NCBI GenBank assembly: GCA_018819225.1
Contig: JAHJQN010000004.1
Coordinates: forward strand, 256,001-320,000
Direction: 5' to 3'
Length of the DNA: 64,000 nt
From: Candidatus Micrarchaeota archaeon
GTDB taxonomy: Archaea; Micrarchaeota; Micrarchaeia; Norongarragalinales; SBBD01
Positions 56,966 to 64,000 of this stretch are shown in pieces. The position numbers were made by a program, and so were the translations under genes. Positions within the stretch are counted from its first letter, which is position 1. The number at the start of each line of letters is the position of its first letter. The notes below the pieces were generated by a model. It searched no databases. It saw only the letters and a list, made by a program, of their open reading frames with translations, and was not told the origin of the DNA.

Positions 56966-57808
56966 TTAGTTGCGTCCGCGACCCCGCTTTCGTTTCCTTC
57001 CCGCGATGCCACGAATCAAAGAAATAAGGTAATCACCCAACTCAAGGTACTCTTTGCGACTCGCCATCATTTGTTTGCGTCGGAACAAGTACACGTACAG
57101 CAAACCAGCCAGCACGCCGTAAATGTGAACGAATAAGTCCGTGGGCACGGATTCCTCACGCGACTTCCCTTCCTGCGTCGTCTCCAGTTTTTTATCGGTT
57201 TGATGCAGGCTCGAATTCAATTGCTGAACGTGCATCTGCAATTCCGCCGATCGATTGTATTGGGATGCGTTGAGCGCCGTGGCATATTGATTTCGGAGTC
57301 GCTGTTGGTCGCTCTGCAAACGCCCGGCGTACCAGTCATCCACGTAGGTTGCTCCGGGAATCACAATGAAACTTAACAGGAACGGAATGGCCAACAGCAC
57401 CACCAAGGCTTGTTTGGGTTTTAACGCGAGCGCAGCACCCAACAGACCGGATATGCCGGCGCTGGCGCCAATTAATGCGATAAACGGATTCGTCAGCGCG
57501 AAAATGAAGGACGCCAGGATACCCGAGAAAAGGAATACGGAGACCACGTGCGGCCAGGCCACCGCCATTTCAAAAACAAGCGCGAACAAGATCAAAGGAA
57601 TTAAGTTCCCGATAAAATGCAGAATGCCGACGTGCACGAACAAGTGCGTGACATAGGAATAGGGGTTGAGGTTCGTCAACGCGTATTCGTACAACGAAGA
57701 AGATGGGATGTACGTGGTTTCTTGGGACAAAAGGACATAGACGATAATCAATGAAAGCGCCAAAATAAGGGTTCCCCAAGGAAAACGCTTGAATTCAACG
57801 AACGGCAT
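56966..57808 (-). CDS. Rhomboid intramembrane serine protease with coiled-coil insertion
   Basis: HLFVHVGILHFIGN, GASAG, VHIYG. Confidence 0.88.
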   Translation of the reverse strand: MPFVEFKRFPWGTLILALSLIIVYVLLSQETTYIPSSSLYEYALTNLNPYSYVTHLFVHVGILHFIGNLIPLILFALVFEMAVAWPHVVSVFLFSGILASFIFALTNPFIALIGASAGISGLLGAALALKPKQALVVLLAIPFLLSFIVIPGATYVDDWYAGRLQSDQQRLRNQYATALNASQYNRSAELQMHVQQLNSSLHQTDKKLETTQEGKSREESVPTDLFVHIYGVLAGLLYVYLFRRKQMMASRKEYLELGDYLISLIRGIAGRKRKRGRGRN

Positions 57809-58004
57809 GCTCCTTTTTCACACGATCAGCATATAAAGCTATATTCGTTCGGAAAACCCCGAATATTAGCGCTTGAACAATACAGATGAATCTAAAATCA
57901 TATAAAAACAATACAATTGTCTTAATAATTAGGAAAAGGTATTTATTTGCGAATATTTTTATCCGTATCGACTAATACGTTTAAATAGAGAAGGGGGTTT
58001 GCCG

Positions 58005-59468
58005 ATGGAAATGAAAACAGTCCAGCAGTATAAAGATCGGGATAGTACATCGCTAGAAGTGCTTCGAAAAGCCCGCCATCTTGAAGTGAAAGTCATCGAC
58101 TTCAAGTTTACGGATTTGCTGGGAAAATGGCATCATAAAAGCGTGCCCGTACGCGAACTCACCACCGACGTTTTTGAAGAAGGCGTGGGATTTGACGGCA
58201 GCAGCATCCGCGGCTTTCAAAACATTCACGAAAGCGACATGCTGCTCATGCCCGACACGAAAGGAACGTTCATGGACCCGTTCACCCAACAACCCACGCT
58301 CAGCATCCTATGCGATGTAGCCGAACCCGGAAGAACGAAAGACCGTTATGCGAAAGATCCACGCCACACGGCCCAAAAAGCGGAAGCGTACCTGAAGCGA
58401 ACCGGTATAGCCGACACGAGTTATTGGGGTCCTGAAATCGAATTCTTTATCTTCGATAATATCAGTTACCACAACAACAACATGGAAGCGGGTTACCGAA
58501 TCGGAATCGGCGAAAGCCACGAAACGGGCGGTACGAGCAGTCTCGGCCACAAGATCCGGCCCAAAGAAGGCTATTTTCCAGTCCCTCCATCCGACACGCA
58601 CATGGACGTGCGAACCGACATGATCCTCGAAATGGAAAAAATCGGTATTGAAGTGGAAACGCATCACCACGAAGTCGCGCCGTGCCAAGCCGAAATCGAC
58701 ATGCGGTACGGCAAACTCACGGAAATGGCGGACAAGTCCATGAAATACAAGTATATCGTAAAAAATGTCGCCGCCCGACACGGAAAAACCGCGACGTTCA
58801 TGCCGAAACCCATGTTTGGAGACAACGGAAGCGGCATGCACACTCACGTCAGCTTGTGGAAAAACGATGCGACCTTGTTTTACGACGAACAAGGCTATGC
58901 GGAACTCAGCGAGCTCGGCTTGTACGCCACCGGAGGCATTCTCCGGCATATAAACTCTTTGCTGGCGTTCTGCGCACCCACCACGAATTCGTACAAGCGA
59001 TTGGTCCCTGGATATGAAGCGCCCGTAAATATCGCGTACGCTCAACGCAACCGCTCTTCCGCCATCCGCATCCCCGTGTATGCGTTCGGCCCGCAAAACG
59101 CGAAAAGCAAACGCATCGAGTTCCGGTGCCCGGATCCCTCCAGCAACCCATACTTCGCGTTCTCCGCCATCCTCATGGCCGCCATTGACGGTGTCAAAAA
59201 GAAAATAAATCCCGTCAGCGAAGGATTCGGTCCGTGGGACACGAACATTTACAGTCTCCCGACCGCCGAACGCCATAAGATAAAAAACGTTCCGGGCTCC
59301 CTCGACGCCGCGCTAGACGAACTGGAGAACGATCAACAATACCTGTTGGAAGGCGGCGTGTTTTCAAAAGAATTACTGCAGGTTTGGACGGAAGTGAAAC
59401 GCCAGGAAGCAGAAAGCGCGCGCATCCGACCCAGCCCGTACGAATTCCACTTGTATTACGACGTGTAA
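58005..59468 (+). CDS. glnA: Glutamine synthetase type I (GSI-beta-like)
   Basis: FDGSSI, GPEIEFF, HHHEVA, TFMPKP, NGSGMH, YKRLVPGYEAP, RIEFRCPD, NIYSLP. Confidence 0.97.
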   Translation: MEMKTVQQYKDRDSTSLEVLRKARHLEVKVIDFKFTDLLGKWHHKSVPVRELTTDVFEEGVGFDGSSIRGFQNIHESDMLLMPDTKGTFMDPFTQQPTLSILCDVAEPGRTKDRYAKDPRHTAQKAEAYLKRTGIADTSYWGPEIEFFIFDNISYHNNNMEAGYRIGIGESHETGGTSSLGHKIRPKEGYFPVPPSDTHMDVRTDMILEMEKIGIEVETHHHEVAPCQAEIDMRYGKLTEMADKSMKYKYIVKNVAARHGKTATFMPKPMFGDNGSGMHTHVSLWKNDATLFYDEQGYAELSELGLYATGGILRHINSLLAFCAPTTNSYKRLVPGYEAPVNIAYAQRNRSSAIRIPVYAFGPQNAKSKRIEFRCPDPSSNPYFAFSAILMAAIDGVKKKINPVSEGFGPWDTNIYSLPTAERHKIKNVPGSLDAALDELENDQQYLLEGGVFSKELLQVWTEVKRQEAESARIRPSPYEFHLYYDV

Positions 59469-59487
59469 TACACGACACCAACGCTTT

Positions 59488-59521
59488 GGAACCCGCCATC
59501 AAAAGGGCGGGTTTCCTATTT
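59488..59521 (+). terminator. Hairpin plus T-tract after glnA
   Basis: GGAACCCGCC...GGCGGGTTTCC followed by TATTTT. Confidence 0.6.
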
Positions 59522-59580
59522 CTCAAGCCCAAAGCGGTCCAAACGCTTTATATTCCTTAAACTTCCTTTGTTTTTCAGAT

Positions 59581-59717
59581 GGCGTGGGTCGTCTAGTCTG
59601 GTCTAGGATTGGGGACTGTGGTTTTTGCGCCGTAAAGCAAAAGCAGAAATCCCCCGACCTGAGCTCCTCTCCTTTAAACGAAAGAAGAGGGCAGGAATTC
59701 AAATCTCAGCCCACGCC
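59581..59717 (+). tRNA. tRNA-His(GTG) with encoded G-1 and two introns: 37/38 (59622..59648) and 53/54 (59664..59697)
   Basis: Acceptor GCGTGGG/CCCACGC, anticodon stem GGGGA/TCCCC; both introns form BHBs (CTGT:GCAG; CCTG:CAGG); removal restores CTGAG-TTCAAAT-CTCAG. Confidence 0.93.
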
Positions 59718-59743
59718 CTCATACCCTTAAAAGGCGAACGACC

Positions 59744-61060
59744 ATGGAAGAAAAAATGCTTTCAGCACCCAGAGGAACACGCGACTTTCTCCCCGATGAA
59801 AAACGCGTGCGCGACCTAGTCGTAACCAGTATTCGAAAACAATTCGAGCGATTCGGATTCGAGCCCCTTGAAACGCCGGCCATCGAACGGTTCGACGTAC
59901 TGGCCAACAAGTTCGCGGGCGGGGAAGAAATCTTGAAAGAAGTGTTCCAATTCCAAGATCAAGGCGCCAGAGCGCTCGGACTCCGATACGATTTTACGGT
60001 GCCGATGTGTCGCGTCGTGGCGGACAATCCGCGCATGCCCATGCCCTTCAAACGGTATCAAATGGGACCCGTATGGCGCGACGGCCCGCTGAAAGCCGGC
60101 CGCTACCGAGAATTCACGCAATGCGACGCGGATATTTCTGGCAGCAAATACATGATCGCGGACGCGGAAATCATTGCGCTAACCAAACAAATATTGAACA
60201 CGTGGTTCAACCAGAAATTCGCGATCCGATTAAGCAACCGGAAAATTCTGTCCAGCCTGCTGGAAAGTTCCGGCATCCCCAAAGAAAAAACCAATACGGT
60301 CATGCTTTCCCTCGATAAACTCGAGAAAATCGGCCTATCCAATGTCATCAAGGAACTAAAGGAAAACGGGATACCCGTCAATACCTCGGAAAAAATCGTG
60401 GCGCTGACTTCCCTGAAAGGAACGAATGAAACCATTCTAAGCGAATTGGGAAAAAACGCGAAAACGGAGCAAGGAAAAGAAGGCGTTCGCGAATTGAAGG
60501 AAGTCATGGAACTCGCAAAACAACTGGGAGCCGGTGACGTCATTCAAATAGATCCCTCCCTCGCCCGCGGACTCAACTACTACACGAGTACCATCTTCGA
60601 AGCCTTTCTCAACGAAGGACCCGTTACATCTTCCGTTGCAGCGGGCGGGCGTTATGACGACATCATCCAAAAGTTTACCGGAAAGCAATCCGTTCCCGCC
60701 GTCGGCATTTCATTCGGGCTCGACGTGATCTGTGAAATCATCAAACAAACGCCATCCCTACCTGTTTCCGAGAAAACGAAGGTATTCATCATCCCCATCT
60801 CCAAAGAACCCGACAGCAAAGCCCTCGCATTCTCGCTTGAAATCGCTCGAACGCTTCGAACGCTTGAAGTCAACACCGCCATCGACCTCATGCAACGCAG
60901 CCCCAGCAAGAACCTGGATTACGCGAGCCGCAAAGGATTCAAGTACGCCTTACTCATCGGAGAAAAAGAAGCGGCCCAACAGAAAGTCACCGTCAAAGAA
61001 TTGGCGACCGGAAAAGAAGAACTGCTTCCCGTCAAAGACGCGTTGCGCCATTTGAATTAA
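59744..61060 (+). CDS. hisS: Histidyl-tRNA synthetase
   Basis: PRGTRD, LRYDFTVP, GRYREFTQCD, LARGLNYYT, AGGRYD, AVGISFGL; start may be ATG 59756. Confidence 0.97.
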   Translation: MEEKMLSAPRGTRDFLPDEKRVRDLVVTSIRKQFERFGFEPLETPAIERFDVLANKFAGGEEILKEVFQFQDQGARALGLRYDFTVPMCRVVADNPRMPMPFKRYQMGPVWRDGPLKAGRYREFTQCDADISGSKYMIADAEIIALTKQILNTWFNQKFAIRLSNRKILSSLLESSGIPKEKTNTVMLSLDKLEKIGLSNVIKELKENGIPVNTSEKIVALTSLKGTNETILSELGKNAKTEQGKEGVRELKEVMELAKQLGAGDVIQIDPSLARGLNYYTSTIFEAFLNEGPVTSSVAAGGRYDDIIQKFTGKQSVPAVGISFGLDVICEIIKQTPSLPVSEKTKVFIIPISKEPDSKALAFSLEIARTLRTLEVNTAIDLMQRSPSKNLDYASRKGFKYALLIGEKEAAQQKVTVKELATGKEELLPVKDALRHLN

Positions 61061-61068
61061 ACGGTAGT

Positions 61069-61980
61069 CTATTCCGAAGGCCACAAGCACAATCGCAGCA
61101 CGAGATTCAAGCTCTCAAAACCTCCGCGAGGATTTCGGGAATTACTGGAATCCAGTGCTCCCACAATAATCTTAAACGGGCTGCGGAGCACGAGCAATTG
61201 ATTACTATCAATCTTCGCGCAATCAAACGCTTCTAAAGGAGGCCCGCTACCCGTTTCCAGGAACGGCGCATACTCCAGACCCGTTCCTTCGCCCGGGCGG
61301 TAAAGATACATGAAATCGCTCGCATAACCCAGATCATTCGCTATGTACGCCGGCGGAATGGCGACATCCAAAATGGCAGCGCCCGCTATTTCCGTTGAAC
61401 GGGTGACCTCGGACATATAGTGATATCCAGAAAACGTGAACGGCTTCATGATCTCTTTCATGGAACAGCGCAACGCGGTTCGCCCGCGTTGATTTGAATG
61501 GCCGTAATGATCATCCAAGAAAGTGCCGGTTGCCGAATCAGTGGTAAAGGACTCGTCTAGTATGATTCCACCCACAATCGGAGAAACGTCTTTTTTCAAC
61601 AAATCGGCTACGGTAATCAAGTTCGAGTAATCGGTCAAGGAAGGGCAATCAAACGTATCAATGCTGCTTCCATCAGATAATGTAAAACGATCAAACCGAT
61701 CGTTATTCGATGCAAGAGTTTTACAGTAACGTTCCGAGTTTGCGCCACCCAAGTCCGCGCAGTACGTCTCAACGTCCCCTAACGTGTTCACGTCAATGAA
61801 ATACAAGGCTTTCGCGGTGCTTTGAAGATAGTTCATGAAATACGCGCTGCGCAACGCCCGATCCTGCGAAACCGTGTACGAGTTTAAGGTCACGAAGATC
61901 ATGGCCACGCTGAACACGACGACCATGAGGAACAGGATCCCGTCAAAGAACGACGCTTGGGCTTTTCTGGAACGCATCAT
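61069..61980 (-). CDS. Class III signal peptide (pilin-like) protein
   Basis: RKA|QASFFDG plus hydrophobic helix. Confidence 0.7.
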   Translation of the reverse strand: MMRSRKAQASFFDGILFLMVVVFSVAMIFVTLNSYTVSQDRALRSAYFMNYLQSTAKALYFIDVNTLGDVETYCADLGGANSERYCKTLASNNDRFDRFTLSDGSSIDTFDCPSLTDYSNLITVADLLKKDVSPIVGGIILDESFTTDSATGTFLDDHYGHSNQRGRTALRCSMKEIMKPFTFSGYHYMSEVTRSTEIAGAAILDVAIPPAYIANDLGYASDFMYLYRPGEGTGLEYAPFLETGSGPPLEAFDCAKIDSNQLLVLRSPFKIIVGALDSSNSRNPRGGFESLNLVLRLCLWPSE

Positions 61981-62501
61981 CTCCACCCGGCCACGCTAAT
62001 GAACGCCAGACCGCGCTTTCCGTCACCGCAATCCGTTGCCATTGGAAAACTCATGATCACCGTGTTCTCATCCCCAAATTCGATATCTCCGCTTCCCACG
62101 GAATCCATATCCTCATGACGAGTGAAACTGGAACAAACGCGGGCTGGATAACTACCGAGAGCCGGATTAACCGCAAAGAATTGGTTCACATTCACGGGGC
62201 CGCAAAACGGCTTCAAAATCATCGTGAAATTAAGCTGTCTTTTTAACGCGATCTCTTTCACCAGCGAGCATTTCAAATCGAAGTCGCTCGCCAGATCAGG
62301 AACGCGGCTCATATAACCTTTCTCCGTTGCCACGTATGAAACCTGGAGCACGTCGTCCCGCAAATCAATGTATTCGTTGCGCGCATTAATCTGGCTTTGA
62401 ATAAAACCAATGGAGATCAAGAAAATGAATATTCCGGCGATGATCGGAAATAGGCTCGGAATGTCGTCACCAATTGGGCCAATAAATCCTTTCTTATGCA
62501 T
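61977..62501 (-). CDS. Class III signal peptide-like protein
   Basis: KKG|FIGPIGDD plus hydrophobic helix. Confidence 0.65.
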   Translation of the reverse strand: MHKKGFIGPIGDDIPSLFPIIAGIFIFLISIGFIQSQINARNEYIDLRDDVLQVSYVATEKGYMSRVPDLASDFDLKCSLVKEIALKRQLNFTMILKPFCGPVNVNQFFAVNPALGSYPARVCSSFTRHEDMDSVGSGDIEFGDENTVIMSFPMATDCGDGKRGLAFISVAGWR

Positions 62502-62510
62502 ACTCAATCC

Positions 62511-63203
62511 CTATGGAATGGGAGTCGGGAAGCCGCAAATGCCGATAGCGTTGATCGCGTTATCGGTAACCAGATTAATACAGGTATTCACGTTGTCATT
62601 AGCGCAATCCTGAATCCATAAATGCCGTTCTTGCGCGGGACCCGGAGGGATATACTTGTTCGCGCACTTAATGATAATCAAATACTTTGAACGGGAATTT
62701 AGATCGCGATCCGATGGACTTAAATGAAGGCTCGTGCGAACAGGAGGCGTCGAAATATCATCCAATAATCGATGCGGATTATTTTCAAAATGAATCATGT
62801 AATTCTGGAACGGGATACTGGAACCGCGTTCGCAGGTGCGTTCTCCCACGGGAGAGGCATTCACGATTAGCTTGCCGTCCCCCCGAACCGTCTCATAATT
62901 GGCTCCCGAGTCATGAAATAAGGTTATGTCTACTAGATATCTCGTACGGTCATCCCGGCCGAGTTCAAGGGCCAAAGGGAATGCGAAAGCGCGCTGTTCA
63001 TCCTCCGCAGGAGACTCGAGAACCTGTTCGATTCGGCCGACAATCGCACTCGTAATCACTTGGGTTTGATCCGAGCAAATCTGGCGCTTCGCGTTCACTT
63101 GAAACATGAACACGATGGCGGATAGCGCGATAATAAAGAAGATCATGCCGAACTTGGTCAGCATCCAAAGCTCGATCTGACCTTTACTGGATTGGATTGG
63201 CAT
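62511..63203 (-). CDS. Class III signal peptide (pilin-like) protein
   Basis: SKG|QIELWM plus hydrophobic helix. Confidence 0.7.
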   Translation of the reverse strand: MPIQSSKGQIELWMLTKFGMIFFIIALSAIVFMFQVNAKRQICSDQTQVITSAIVGRIEQVLESPAEDEQRAFAFPLALELGRDDRTRYLVDITLFHDSGANYETVRGDGKLIVNASPVGERTCERGSSIPFQNYMIHFENNPHRLLDDISTPPVRTSLHLSPSDRDLNSRSKYLIIIKCANKYIPPGPAQERHLWIQDCANDNVNTCINLVTDNAINAIGICGFPTPIP

Positions 63204-63260
63204 ACGTTGGAATAAAGAAAAGGGCATTTAAATGCCTGCGCTTCATTCTTTTTGGTTCCA

Positions 63261-63836
63261 ATGGAGTTGTTAGCCTCGTTCATCAAATCGTTCGTGCTCT
63301 TGTTCGCCATCATGGACCCATTCTCGTGCATCCCCATCTTCGTTTCCTTGACCTCCAAGTTCAAAGAAGTCGAACGGAGGAAAAGCGCTAACGAAGCCAT
63401 TCTCGTCGCGGCCCTCTTGATTGCAGTCTTCGCCTTGTTCGGGACCTCGCTGCTGGACTTGCTCGCTATTCGCATGAGCGACTTCATGGTCGCCGGCGGA
63501 CTCGTCATCGGCCTTCTGGGACTGCAGCTCATGTTCGCCGATGAGACGCCTAAAAAGGCCTCGAACTACCAGCTTGCGGCCGTGATCATTGCGACACCCA
63601 TGCTCACCGGTCCCGGAGTCATCAGTACGGTCATCGTGCTCACCGTTTCCGAGGGCTTGCTGGTGACGCTGGCAGCTGCTTTCGCTTCTCTGGCTCTCGC
63701 TTGGATTATCCTGCGGAAATCATACGCGTTCATGCAATTACTCGGGAAGGAATTCATCAGCGTTTTCTCGCGTATCATGGGATTGTTGATCGTGGCTTTG
63801 GCCATCGGTTTTATCCGGAAAGGATTAGGAGCATAA
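63261..63836 (+). CDS. MarC family membrane protein
   Basis: LFAIMDPFSCIPIF, PMLTGPGVIS, RIMGLLIVALAI. Confidence 0.9.
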   Translation: MELLASFIKSFVLLFAIMDPFSCIPIFVSLTSKFKEVERRKSANEAILVAALLIAVFALFGTSLLDLLAIRMSDFMVAGGLVIGLLGLQLMFADETPKKASNYQLAAVIIATPMLTGPGVISTVIVLTVSEGLLVTLAAAFASLALAWIILRKSYAFMQLLGKEFISVFSRIMGLLIVALAIGFIRKGLGA

Positions 63837-64000
63837 CGTGCATGCGCCGGAAAGGAATCCAACCAGGAAAGCGGTCAGGGGACGCGTAACGGCAAGCTCG
63901 TTAACTGCATATCACGTTGCATCCCATGGAAACAGGTATTTGGACGAGGAGCAATGGGTCCATGAGCAAATGACGTTCCCGAACGCGGATTACGGTAGGA

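Noticed and set aside
58308-59276. Long antisense ORFs (here and at 34962..36745, 15965..16723)
   Set aside because: Shadow frames of well-conserved genes with no independent motifs
63837-64000. RNA gene or CDS end at the window edge
   Set aside because: No tRNA or ncRNA motif recognised and too little sequence to assign a frame

Overview
Archaeal chromosomal window, about 50% GC, with TATA-type promoters and GGTGA/GGAGG Shine-Dalgarno (SD) sites. It most likely comes from DPANN Micrarchaeota, judged by the ~387-aa three-unit (ARMAN epsilon2-type) tRNA splicing endonuclease, PolD and many class III signal-peptide proteins. Housekeeping genes: carAB, kae1, PolD DP1/DP2, a phosphohexomutase, endA, purD, elp3, lhr, rps19e, rpp21, purH, nrdR-nrdJ, glnA, hisS. 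RNA genes: SRP RNA and three intron-containing tRNAs (Thr-TGT, Cys-GCA, and His-GTG with two introns). There are also two type II/IV secretion ATPases, pilin-like genes and several large surface proteins. I saw no CRISPR array, rRNA, transposase or integrase. Three candidate undescribed systems stand out. (1) The endA 5' leader folds into a bulge-helix-bulge (BHB) substrate that contains the gene's own SD. Splicing it would place an upstream SD on an out-of-frame ATG, suggesting a self-splicing feedback switch. (2) Next to B12-dependent nrdJ lies a likely cobalamin-scavenging module: a split transcobalamin-like pair, a lone ECF S-component and a divergent HTH regulator with a perfect palindromic operator. 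(3) An 11-bp-phased array of TGTCRYGACA palindromes sits in front of a coiled-coil/winged-helix gene. All assignments come from reading motifs by eye; no searches were run.
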